Assembly (NCBI GenBank): GCA_041391385.1
Contig: JAWKOD010000005.1
Span: 67,071-131,070, forward strand
Reading direction: 5' to 3'
Source: Bdellovibrionota bacterium
GTDB taxonomy: Bacteria; Bdellovibrionota; UBA2428
DNA: 64,000 nucleotides
The notes under the pieces are model-generated. The model saw only the letters and a list, made by a program, of their open reading frames with translations. It was not told the DNA's origin and made no database searches. This document shows positions 9,868 through 19,022 of this stretch, piece after piece. Every line of letters begins with the position of its first letter. Positions within the stretch are counted from its first letter, which is position 1. Position numbers and translations under genes: made by a program.

Positions 9868-10940
9868 TTATTCTTCGAAAAGGTCCTGATCACCTAGCTC
9901 AAGCTCTTTGGAGACAACGTTTTCACGTGCATCTTCGCCTATGTTTTTGAGTTCAGCCTCAATGATTTTTTGAATTTCAGCTAAGCCAGTTCCAGTCGCT
10001 GATGAAATCACAAGCGGGTCTTTCTTAAGTATTTTTTTCAGTTCTTTGTAGCCTTCACGTTCACTTGCATCGGCTTCGGGCCAGAGATCGCCTTTTGTAA
10101 GAATTACGATCTGAGGTTTTTGGCCAGGTCTTTAGAGTGAGCTTTGAGCTCTTTGATGAGAATCTTGTATTCATCAACAAGTGAGCGTTCGTTTGTGGGA
10201 TCAGTATCGAGCATGATTAAAAGCAATCGCGTGCGTTCGCAATGCCTTAGGAATTGGTGCCCAAGTCCCTTGCCTTGGCTTGCACCTTCAATTATTCCTT
10301 GGATATCTGCAATCACCCAATCTCTCGATTGGCCTCTTACAACTCCGAGGTTGGGAACAATTGTTGTAAAGGGGTAGTTAGCAATCTTAGGCTTAGCGGC
10401 ACTGACTTTAGAAATGAGGGTTGATTTACCTGCATTGGGAAAACCCACAAGTCCCACGTCTGCTAAGAGTTTAAGTTCGAGAACAACTTTTTTGTGAATA
10501 CCTTTTTCACCCGGTTGGGCAAAGTCAGGAGCTTGTCTTGTGGAAGTGGCAAAGTTCATGTTGCCGAGGCCACCGCGACCGCCCTTTAAAAAAAGTTCAG
10601 CTTTGTCTTTTTCAACGAGATCGAGCAATACCTTGCCTGTTTCGGCATCTTTGACGATAGTGCCTACGGGGACTTTGATGTACAGGTCTTCACCTTTGCG
10701 TCCGTTTTTGTCGGCGCCTCTGCCCCCGGCTCCGTCCGGTGCATGAAATTTCTTCTTAAATCTAAAATCGAGAAGACTGTTCATATCGGTCGTCGCTACA
10801 AAGTAAAGGTTTCCACCTCTTCCGCCGTCACCGCCATCAGGTCCCATACGAGGGCGATAGATCTGCCTCATGAAATGAACAGAGCCTGCTCCACCATCTC
10901 CTGATTTAACGTCTATCTTTACCTCGTCTATAAAGCTCAT
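9868..10940 (-). pseudogene. obg: GTPase Obg/CgtA, reading frame broken by a 1-nt shift in a T5 run (10117-10121)
   Basis: ORF 10104..10940 carries the Obg fold (MSFIDEVKIDVKSGDGGAGSVHF, GGDGGRGG) plus G1 GFPNAGKST and G3 DIQG. The next frame, 9868..10116, carries KPQIVILTKGDL (G4), SSATGTG (G5) and an acidic tail. The gene follows rplU-rpmA, as in most bacteria. Confidence 0.85.
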
Positions 10941-10980
10941 ATTTTGTTTCGCACCAATTTTTCGTTCTCGTAATAAAAAA

Positions 10981-11011
10981 AGCCATTTCCCCTTAAATTA
11001 GGAAAATGGCT
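10981..11011 (-). terminator. hairpin plus T-run between rpmA and obg
   Basis: On the minus strand, AGCCATTTTCC / GGAAATGGCT stem followed by TTTTTTT, immediately 3' of rpmA. Confidence 0.5.
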
Positions 11012-11024
11012 TTTAAATTTAAAA

Positions 11025-11288
11025 TTAAGCTTCTGCTTGAGGAAGAATCTCAACTTCTGTTCTAGCAGTCTTGTGGCTCTTAAAGCTTACAAGTCCGTCA
11101 GAAAGAGCGAAGAGAGTATGATCTCGGCCAAGGCCGACGTTACGTCCAGGGCGGAACTTAGTTCCACGCTGACGAACGATAATGCTTCCCGCAGTTACCC
11201 ATTCACCACCAAATGCTTTTACGCCTAAATACTTAGGATTTGAATCACGTCCGTTTTTGGTACTACCACCAGCTTTTTTCGATGCCAT
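11025..11288 (-). CDS. rpmA: 50S ribosomal protein L27
   Basis: [52 protein letters not shown]. Confidence 0.95.
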   Translation of the reverse strand: MASKKAGGSTKNGRDSNPKYLGVKAFGGEWVTAGSIIVRQRGTKFRPGRNVGLGRDHTLFALSDGLVSFKSHKTARTEVEILPQAEA

Positions 11289-11309
11289 TTTCTATCTTCT
11301 CCCTTTCCC

Positions 11310-11756
11310 TTAAGCGACAATTTCTTTCACAACAAGTCGTGTGAGGGGCTGTCTATGTCCAAGTGTTTTTTGTGAGCTTTGACGACGTCTTGCATGACGG
11401 ATCAAAATCTTAGGTCCAAGTGTTTGTTGGAGTACTTCAAATTTAACTTTGGCACCTTTAATGGTTGGTTTGCCAAGGTTAATTTGTCCCGGGCCAGAAG
11501 CTATAAAAAGAACTTCTTCCGCAGAATACTCAGCTCCAGGATCAAGGTTAAGTTTTTCAACCAAAACTTGGTCGCCTTTTGCTACGCAGTATTGTTTTCC
11601 GCCTGTTTTAATAACAGCATAGGGGAAGTCCATAGGAGCTCTCCACGCTGTAGGATTTTTTGTTTTAGCAGGAGACTTTTTAGCTTTAGTTTTATCTGTT
11701 GCTTTTGTTGTCTTCGCTTCCATAGTATCAGTTGTTTCAGTGTTTTTTTCAGCCAT
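11310..11756 (-). CDS. rplU: 50S ribosomal protein L21 with ~45 aa Lys/Thr-rich N-terminal extension
   Basis: Core [27 protein letters not shown] at 11756 is preceded by GGGAGA; the ORF track starts 10 codons earlier, at 11786. Confidence 0.9.
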   Translation of the reverse strand: MAEKNTETTDTMEAKTTKATDKTKAKKSPAKTKNPTAWRAPMDFPYAVIKTGGKQYCVAKGDQVLVEKLNLDPGAEYSAEEVLFIASGPGQINLGKPTIKGAKVKFEVLQQTLGPKILIRHARRRQSSQKTLGHRQPLTRLVVKEIVA

Positions 11757-11825
11757 GATCGTCTCCCAAAATTGTTTTAATAACATCGGTCAGAACGACC
11801 CTATCGTCAAGTGGAAAGGGGGCCT

Positions 11826-12344
11826 ATGAACAGAAATGATGCCCCTTGGGGCAGGGACCTGCAGGAGTATTTGGATCTATTGGGCTTTGATGCGCCCATA
11901 ATTGAGCAGCAGGGCTCTCCTTTGGCCGTATGGGGCCAGGGAAACCCTCATGCTGAGCTTGTCTTTGTGTTGGAGGCTCTAGAGGGGATAGAGCAGGAGC
12001 AGGCGGCTCATCTATTGCTTAAGATGATTCAGGCTATGGGGTACTCGCTAGAAAGTGCTTATATTTTGTATTTTGCGGCTTCCACGGAGGAGGTTTTTCA
12101 GCATTTAAAGACCCAAGTCCCAAACTCTAAGGTTATTGTGGCTTTGGGAGATCAAGCGGCTTGTCTTGTTTTTGGGAGCAACGAAACACTATCAGAGCTT
12201 AGGTCTAAAAAATTAAACAGAAGCTTTGGTCGTACTGAAGCGGCACTTTTTGCAACACATCATCCTGGGGAGCTCCTAACTCGTGCCGAACAAAAGAAAG
12301 AAGCCTGGGAAGATTTGAAAGCTGTTATTGCTCACTTAAGCTAG
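11826..12344 (+). CDS. uracil-DNA glycosylase superfamily (family 4-like) protein with degenerate active-site motifs
   Basis: Family-4 layout: ELVFVLEAL where GEAPG is expected, VIVALGDQAA, and C-terminal ATHHPGELL (HPS/HPA motif). ATG 11826 follows AAGGGGG. Confidence 0.55.
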   Translation: MNRNDAPWGRDLQEYLDLLGFDAPIIEQQGSPLAVWGQGNPHAELVFVLEALEGIEQEQAAHLLLKMIQAMGYSLESAYILYFAASTEEVFQHLKTQVPNSKVIVALGDQAACLVFGSNETLSELRSKKLNRSFGRTEAALFATHHPGELLTRAEQKKEAWEDLKAVIAHLS

Positions 12345-14116
12345 TAGTCACACTGAGTTGAGATCGAGTCGGCGTAAACATAGGGTCTGCCACTCGAGCA
12401 ATAAGCAATTGCATGACATTCGAGCTGACCAAAGACATCAGTCATTTCGTGCCGCCAAGAATAGGGGCTGTTGCCATCACAATTTATCGAGGGGCCATCC
12501 CAAAATGTTGGGTTTGATAGGAGTAATGTTGCACTTGCACTACCGTGTTCGGCAGTTACTTGAGTTATGCTTGTTCCGTACATTTCGTTGTAAATCCAAT
12601 TTCCGTCTACGCAGGGAAGAAAAGCTGAGCCTTTGCCACCATTCGAACTCGTATAGGTAATTTTTACGAGAGAGTTGTCATTGTCGCAATAACCAGCCAC
12701 TTTCCAATACCCTGCAAAACTTCCGTTGTTAATCGCACTAATTGAGACGGAGGAGTCATTTTCGCCCTGTGCAGAAGCTAGAGCTGAAGTTGTTGGATAG
12801 TTAAATCCTTTGAGGCGGGGATAGTTTCCGTCGACTTCTTCCCATATTAAAGAGAAGTCCCAACTCTGAAAAGGATGTTTTCCTTCGGAATAAACGGCAC
12901 CTTTGAAGTATTCAGCTCCACCTGGCTCGTAAGTTCCGCAAGCAGTGCCAGAGGTCGCTTGTGTAAAATATGAATTTGTTAAACTAGTGGAGGGAAATAC
13001 TCCGTGACAGAGGCCCTTTTGAGCTATGGATGTTGAAAATGAATCATGAATTTCACTCCAGGTGTAAGTTGTAAGTCCGCCGTTGCGACCTTCGATGTTC
13101 ATACTGACTTCGCCCGTGGAGAAGCTTCTTTCTACTTTATTTGAACCACCAGCTTCGAGAACTCCTATAAGTCCGCCAGTATAATCGGTAGCTCCTTTAA
13201 CTCGAGCATGAGAGAAGGAGTCGAGGATTATTGAGAGGCCAGGGTTGGGTTGGAGGTATCCAACAAGGCCACCTGTTGCACTCCATGTCCAAGAGTTATT
13301 GGCATTTTTTGGAAGTGTGTTACTCACTTCTCCTGTGGAGAAGCAGCGTACAACTTTAGTACCTTTTCCGAATCCAAGAAGTATTCCTACGCGGGTAGAA
13401 GGGCCTTTTACGTTGGCGTTAATCAGGCCGACGTCGTAAATTTCAGCACCCGTTGAGGTGCCAATGAGTCCAATTCCGTCGAGTGTACTTTCAACGCTCA
13501 TAAAGAGATTGGATATGATTTTCGATTTCCGTTAAATTTACCATTGAAATTTTGGAGGGGAATAAAGCCTCGGCCATTGTTCCAGCTTAGTGTTGCTGAG
13601 CAATCGATATCATTTAGGAGTTTGTAGGTTGCTGTTGTGCCTGCAGTAATTCCTTGAAGTTGAGTGCAGTTTTCTATTCCGATAAAAGTTTCAGTCACAA
13701 CTGGAGTGCTTTCTTCACTCGAGCTGCTAGATACTTCGCTCCACACTTGATTCCTGGAGTGCTGGATACTTCGCTCACACACTTGATTCGCTGGAGCTGC
13801 TGGATACTTCGCTCCACACACTTGATTCGCTAGAGCTGCTAGATTCTTCGTTTGAAACACTTGATTCGCTAGAATTGCTAGAAGCGTTATTCACTAAATT
13901 TGATTCGCTCGAGCTGCTAGATACTTTGTTTCCAATGTCAGATTCGCTAGAGCTACTGGATTCTACCCCAAGATTCATTCCCTGGACTTCACCTTCATTG
14001 CCATCGATATTACTTGGATTGTTGTCGAATGAATCTGTTGGAATGCGCGCACCAGAAACCTGTGCTCCACAAGAGGCGAGGGCTAAAGAGAGAAGAGTTA
14101 ATAACACCAATGGCAT
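12341..14116 (-). pseudogene. large lipoprotein (Ser-rich repeat linker + GLUG-motif beta-helix-like region + Cys-rich C-terminus) split into three ORFs
   Basis: ORF 13775..14116 has lipobox LALASC then SSSSSES repeats. ORF 13498..13860 ends FNGKFNGN. ORF 12341..13501, read upstream in its own frame, gives KIISNLFMSVESTLDGIGLIG. Together these restore the FxGxFdGNGxxIsNL + GGLIG (GLUG) pattern. Breaks lie in one degenerate repeat copy (13737-13785) and in the T4 run at 13519-13522. Confidence 0.65.
13700..13965. repeat. imperfect tandem repeat, 39-nt period, about 7 copies (coding, Ser-rich)
   Basis: Core GATTCGCT(A/G/C)GAGCTGCT recurs at 13785, 13824, 13863, 13902 and 13941 (exact 39-nt spacing). 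Degenerate copies lie at ~13749 and ~13712, with spacings of 36 and 37 nt. Confidence 0.8.
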
Positions 14117-14334
14117 AGGATTTCCTATCTCTTATTTTGAGGGGTGATTGGGAGAAGTTTTATTAAACTTTGATGTTTAGTCTGGAATTAACGAGATCTT
14201 CATACGTTGCTGACAAAGCATTGACAGACGCAGCTGCTCTGAAAAAGCTCGAAATGAAGATTTATTTTTTAAACTAGGGCCTTTGCTTAATCTGCTTATT
14301 CCGAGTCCCGATTTAGCTTGTTAGGATTTTAAGT

Positions 14335-15513
14335 GTGAGGAGGATTTGGGCGGCCCTCGTAGTCCCTTCTTTCTTTCTCTTCCTCTTGGACTATGGGGTG
14401 GGGGAGGACTTGGTAAGCGAGTCACCCGTGGTCCGAGAGGTGCATTCCGCCCGTCCTCTAAGAGTCCGAATCCTGCTTGAAGAGAAAGAGCCCTCAAAAG
14501 CTTTTGTAATTCGTGGAACAAATTTAATTGTAAACGATACTCTTCAGCAGGCTTCGGAGCTCGTTTGTAAGTACTCATCAGAATGGTCTTGCATCACTCG
14601 ACCCAAAAATAAAAAACATAAAAGCCAAACTTTCACAGGTAAAATTGTCGTTCAATCATCTGATAATTTTATAGGGATAGGAAGCAAAAGTTTCTACAGA
14701 GATACGTTAAGGCTTCTGCCACGAAAAAATAAATTACAAATTATTAATGAACTGGATATGGAAGACTATCTTGTTGGAATAGTGAATAGTGAAATTACTT
14801 CAAAGTATCCGCGTGAAGCAATGAAGGCTCAGGTGGTGGCAGCAAGAAGTTATGCTTTGGCGTGTGTTAAAGAGCGCAGAAGAAAAAGAAGTTATGATTT
14901 GGATACCACTGAGATGGATCAGGTTTACAAGGGGGCTCACGTTGAAGATCCTATGAGTCACTTTGTGGTGAGAGAAACGCGTGGCGAGGTTTTGATGAAT
15001 GGCACTCGCATCGTAAAAGCTTTTTACCACGCCTCTTCAGGTGGAATTCTTGAAAAGCCAAGTAGTGTTTGGGGTTCTGCGCGAGCAGATGAAAACGTGT
15101 ACTCATATCGCGATCCCGCTGCACAACTAGATGATGATTTTAAATGGAAGATCTCTTTTGGTCCCTGGATAGGATTAAAGATTCCGGGTTTAGGTTTGCT
15201 CCGTGATATGCAAGTGATTGAATACAGTGCAGGAGAGCGAGTGAAGAAAATTCTCATGGTGGGTGAGATGAATTCAAAAATCATCAAGGGCTCTGATCTG
15301 CGTAGGATGTTTGGAAGTCGTTGGGTAAAAAGCACTCTTTTTAAAATCGAGCAAAAGGGCATGAAGTGGACCTTGCGAGGGACTGGTTTCGGACATGGGG
15401 TGGGAATGAGCCAGCGGGGAGCTAAAAAGCTCGCCAAAAAGGGCTGGGCCTATGACAAAATCTTAGCAGCTTATTACCCAGGGGCTACCTTGGGTAAGGT
15501 GGGGGTAGAGTAG
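14335..15513 (+). CDS. SpoIID/LytB-domain protein (peptidoglycan lytic transglycosylase/amidase enhancer family)
   Basis: EDYLVGIVNSEI...EAMKAQVVAARSYAL and C-terminal GFGHGVGMSQRGAKKLAKKG..YKILAAYYPGATL. GTG start. Confidence 0.85.
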   Translation: MRRIWAALVVPSFFLFLLDYGVGEDLVSESPVVREVHSARPLRVRILLEEKEPSKAFVIRGTNLIVNDTLQQASELVCKYSSEWSCITRPKNKKHKSQTFTGKIVVQSSDNFIGIGSKSFYRDTLRLLPRKNKLQIINELDMEDYLVGIVNSEITSKYPREAMKAQVVAARSYALACVKERRRKRSYDLDTTEMDQVYKGAHVEDPMSHFVVRETRGEVLMNGTRIVKAFYHASSGGILEKPSSVWGSARADENVYSYRDPAAQLDDDFKWKISFGPWIGLKIPGLGLLRDMQVIEYSAGERVKKILMVGEMNSKIIKGSDLRRMFGSRWVKSTLFKIEQKGMKWTLRGTGFGHGVGMSQRGAKKLAKKGWAYDKILAAYYPGATLGKVGVE

Positions 15514-15580
15514 CTTCTGGGTACTTGCTACTTAGAATTTGAATGAAAACTCATAGGGATATGGGTTATCCTATTTCAAG

Positions 15581-17563
15581 GTGCTTAAGCGTAGCTTTAA
15601 ATTTATTATTGCTGTCTTGGGGTTTGCTACTTACCCGTTGTTTTCTGATTCGTGCTTCCAAAGATTAAGGGACAAATATGCAGCAGATGATATTTTTATT
15701 CGGCAATCACTTGGTGGTGCTAAGTATTACGTAAATATCGATGGGGCTGATTATCGGGCAACTATGGGTGACGCGACCTTTGTCGAAAAGGTGGGAGACG
15801 ATCATCGTCTGGAAATTCCTGCAAGTGATTTTGAAAATGTAAGAATACATTCTCCTTTGGGGGAGCATTTGGCAGCTTTAAAGCGAAAGGTTCCAGCTGA
15901 GCTATGGACCGATAGTTTTGAGTTGGGCCTTGTTCTTCCTTATTTGTCATGGGCGAAGCATCCTATTCTTCAAAAAGCGCCTAAGTTTATTCGTGACGAA
16001 ACAGTTGCATGGATTGAAAGATCACAACCGGAATATAAAGAAAAGGTCAAAGCAATCGCAAATGATGGATCTTTAAGTCCTGCTAAGCGAGTTGAGAAGC
16101 TCAAAAAACTTTCTTCTGATTGGATTGTGGGAGTGGGTCTACGAGATTATTTGGATTTTACTCATAAGGCGGCAGAGCTTCGCCGTGACCTTTATGAAAA
16201 GTATTCTGAAGGTGGGCTGCCCGAATGGCTAGATCCAAAGTTTGATTTGTTCTGGGCGGTGGATTTTATGCATCCCCTTACAAAAGAAGGTGATGTCTTA
16301 GAGCATAAGTGGCTATTAGAAAGTATTCGTAAAGCTCCTCAATTGCAGAAAGCTGAGATTGTTAGTTATTTTCGAGAGCATCCAGAGAGAGCAATGGACT
16401 TTTCTCATATCATGAGTGAGTTGGGTTCAGAGGTTGGCGAGGTCGTTATTGAATCAGGCCATGCCTTAGACTTTTTTGTGAGAACGAATCGCTTAGGTCA
16501 CTATGAGAAAAAGGTTCTTTTTGAATTGATGCATCAGCTGGGCCCAGTTGCGACAACTCAAACCGATGCAGTTGTAAAATTTGTAAATGAAGCTCCATAT
16601 TCAACGGTCTTTTATTTGTTGAGATCTGCTGGGGCTAAAAAAATTACTGTAAACGATGTAGAAGATTTTATTTTATCTCCTTATTTTGAGCAGCATGGAT
16701 ATCCTGAAATTAATTCGGTTCAGGAAATTCCAACTTTTGTTAAAGCTTTAAGAGGTGATGTTAATTCTGATGTTTTGGCTTGGGCAAGAATTAGAGCTGC
16801 AGGGCAATCCGAATCTAGCCCTGGTTTACAGCGATTGATTGATCGCCTGGCGGCACATGATTCAGCTACGGTTGATGTGCAAGTGGATGCAGAGCATGCT
16901 GCTTCTATACTCTGGTACCCACGTTATCCCGGGGGACATTATAGTTGGACACACACTAAAATAGTTGTTGATGGCACTGTGTATGGAACCATGGGTGTGA
17001 TTGAAAAATTTAAACCCGTTAAAGTTCACGATCGTAAGGCTCGAGCAAGTTTGAAAGATGCCTATTTTCGTTTTGATATTCAAGTGAGTCAGAAGGAGCT
17101 TGAAAACCTTTTGCACCTTGTAAACACTGAACAGCGTATTGCGGTAGACGACCACTGGGGTTGTGTCCATGGGACTTGTGGGACCTTTGCCGCGGCGACT
17201 TCGCTTCAGGTGCCAGCCCCGTTTAATCAATTGCCGAGTGCTACTGCACTTTATTTAGCTGCTCGAAATGCATTTGGTGATCAGAAGGTAAAAAACATTG
17301 AGTTTGTCGGGCGCAGTAAGATTCAGTCTCTCATGAGCCCCGATTTAGCTAGAGATTTATTTGAGGTTGTTTCCCAGCCCGCAGTTGCCACTGCGGGAAT
17401 TATTATGGTCATCATAGGCGGGACCGTTTACGTGGTTCACGACTTAAAGACGAAGCAAGAGGAGCAGGACGAAGAGGAACGTAAGCTCAGAGAAGAAGTT
17501 GAGAAAAGAAGAGCTCAGCAGCAAGACTTAAACTCACCTCCAGAGCCTGCCTTTGAGAGATAG
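15581..17563 (+). CDS. large hypothetical protein; signal peptide, C-terminal His..Cys domain, TM anchor and charged coiled tail
   Basis: 660-codon ORF, GTG start. C-terminal region HYSWTHTKIVVDGTVYG ... DDHWGCVHGTCGTF, then TM AVATAGIIMVIIGGTVYVV, then an EEQDEEERKLREE tail. Confidence 0.6.
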   Translation: MLKRSFKFIIAVLGFATYPLFSDSCFQRLRDKYAADDIFIRQSLGGAKYYVNIDGADYRATMGDATFVEKVGDDHRLEIPASDFENVRIHSPLGEHLAALKRKVPAELWTDSFELGLVLPYLSWAKHPILQKAPKFIRDETVAWIERSQPEYKEKVKAIANDGSLSPAKRVEKLKKLSSDWIVGVGLRDYLDFTHKAAELRRDLYEKYSEGGLPEWLDPKFDLFWAVDFMHPLTKEGDVLEHKWLLESIRKAPQLQKAEIVSYFREHPERAMDFSHIMSELGSEVGEVVIESGHALDFFVRTNRLGHYEKKVLFELMHQLGPVATTQTDAVVKFVNEAPYSTVFYLLRSAGAKKITVNDVEDFILSPYFEQHGYPEINSVQEIPTFVKALRGDVNSDVLAWARIRAAGQSESSPGLQRLIDRLAAHDSATVDVQVDAEHAASILWYPRYPGGHYSWTHTKIVVDGTVYGTMGVIEKFKPVKVHDRKARASLKDAYFRFDIQVSQKELENLLHLVNTEQRIAVDDHWGCVHGTCGTFAAATSLQVPAPFNQLPSATALYLAARNAFGDQKVKNIEFVGRSKIQSLMSPDLARDLFEVVSQPAVATAGIIMVIIGGTVYVVHDLKTKQEEQDEEERKLREEVEKRRAQQQDLNSPPEPAFER

Positions 17564-17587
17564 GTAGACTTGTATTACTTATAAGCA

Positions 17588-18667
17588 GTGCTTCAGTTAC
17601 CATCTTTTCTAAGTGACTATACTTATCAGCATGATGGATCGCTCATTGCCTATGAGCCGCTAAAGGAACGAACTGAGAGCCGTCTTTTACTTGTTCGCAG
17701 AAACCCCACAGGAGGACTTCCGCGTTTTGAAGATCTATTGATTTCAGATTTACCTGCTGTCATAGATCAAAATCCTGAACTTAAAAAATATCTCTTAGTT
17801 CGCAATCGCAGTAAGGTTTTACCTGCGCGTTTTTTTGCACGACGTGCAACGGGGCGAAGACATGAAATTGTGTTGATTGAAAAGCTCGCTGACTTTGAGT
17901 GGAGAGCTTTTGTTAAAAATGTTTCAAAGGTCAAAGTTCCAGAAAAACTAACGATTGAAAATACAGAGGAACAGGTTGAAGTTCTGGATAATTTTACTGT
18001 GAGATTTTTTACTCCTGACGTGGAAGCGCTTTTGCAACAAGTAGGTCGAATGCCTCTTCCTCCCTATATTCGCCGAGAGGTGAGTGAAGAAGATACCGAG
18101 CGCTATCAAAGTGTGTGGGCTGAGGGGAAGGCTCTAAGTTCTGCAGCGCCAACGGCATCTTTGCATTTTACAGATGAGCTTTGGCAATCGCTTAAGGATC
18201 TTGGGGTTTCAACTGCTGACGCATACCTGCATGTGGGAAGGGGGACTTTTGAGCCGTTGAGAGAAAATGAATTATCAAAAGCAGTTTTGCATGAAGAAGC
18301 CTTTGAAGTTTTTAATTCTGAATTGGAAAAAATTCAAAATGCCGAGAGTGTTTTTGCAATTGGAACGACAGCCTGTCGTTTGGTGGAAAGCCTTGCGCAT
18401 CTCAATTCGAGTGAGGTTGATTTTTTGCGCATCACCGATAGAGGATCTCAAGCTTTAAAGGGGCATACGCGTCTTTTTGTGAAGCCAGGTTATGAATTCC
18501 AGAAGGTCAAAGCTCTTCTGACAAACTTCCATTTACCGGCTTCTTCGTTGCTTGTTTTGGTGAGTGTTTTTGCCGAATCTTGGAGCTTGGCGAAAGAGGC
18601 TTATGATCACGCCTTGGCAAGGAAATATCGTCTTTTCTCCTATGGCGATGCGTCTTTGTGGATATAG
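17588..18667 (+). CDS. queA: S-adenosylmethionine:tRNA ribosyltransferase-isomerase
   Basis: GRMPLPPYIRRE, SAAPTASLHFT, LTNFHLPASSLLVLVSVF, YRLFSYGDA. Confidence 0.9.
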   Translation: MLQLPSFLSDYTYQHDGSLIAYEPLKERTESRLLLVRRNPTGGLPRFEDLLISDLPAVIDQNPELKKYLLVRNRSKVLPARFFARRATGRRHEIVLIEKLADFEWRAFVKNVSKVKVPEKLTIENTEEQVEVLDNFTVRFFTPDVEALLQQVGRMPLPPYIRREVSEEDTERYQSVWAEGKALSSAAPTASLHFTDELWQSLKDLGVSTADAYLHVGRGTFEPLRENELSKAVLHEEAFEVFNSELEKIQNAESVFAIGTTACRLVESLAHLNSSEVDFLRITDRGSQALKGHTRLFVKPGYEFQKVKALLTNFHLPASSLLVLVSVFAESWSLAKEAYDHALARKYRLFSYGDASLWI

Positions 18668-18758
18668 ATAAGTTCCTCTTTAGTATGGTGAAATAGGCTC
18701 TTGCTTTAAGGGTATTTGACGCGTAATACCATAAGCAAAGCTTATGCTTTGATTTAGT

Positions 18759-19022
18759 TTGACTTATACTTGGGGCTTGCCGTACATTACGCCCACGGTG
18801 CGTACAAACATTGCTTTAGTCGGGCTACGTAAGTTGGGTTTAAGTGTACAGTTTTTAGCGTTATTTTTTGCAGGGCAAGCTCTTGCAGACCCCAGTACCG
18901 CTGGCCGTGAAATCCAAGAAACCGCTTCTGCTGAAACAAGTACTCAAGAGCCAGAAACTCTTGCAGAGTTAGAGTTTCCACAAAATCCTGATTTGCCTGA
19001 TGATGCAGGTGAAGCGACCTGA
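18759..19022 (+). CDS. short ORF: signal-peptide-like segment plus acidic low-complexity tail (possibly the detached N-terminus of the next gene)
   Basis: LSVQFLALFFAGQALA-DPS signal-like segment. Non-ATG start; overlaps the next ORF by 23 nt in another frame. Confidence 0.3.
   Translation: MTYTWGLPYITPTVRTNIALVGLRKLGLSVQFLALFFAGQALADPSTAGREIQETASAETSTQEPETLAELEFPQNPDLPDDAGEAT

Noticed and set aside
11379-11780. 133-aa plus-strand ORF
   Set aside because: It lies entirely antisense to rplU. It is Phe/Cys/Ser-rich low-complexity sequence mirroring the Lys-rich L21 extension.
13700-13965. Regularly spaced 39-nt repeats considered as a possible CRISPR array
   Set aside because: The copies are contiguous with no unique spacers, imperfect, and translate in frame to a Ser-rich protein linker. 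No cas genes are nearby.
15024-15437. 137-aa minus-strand ORF (also 14321..14578 and 14800..15030)
   Set aside because: All are antisense to the SpoIID/LytB gene, with no independent support.
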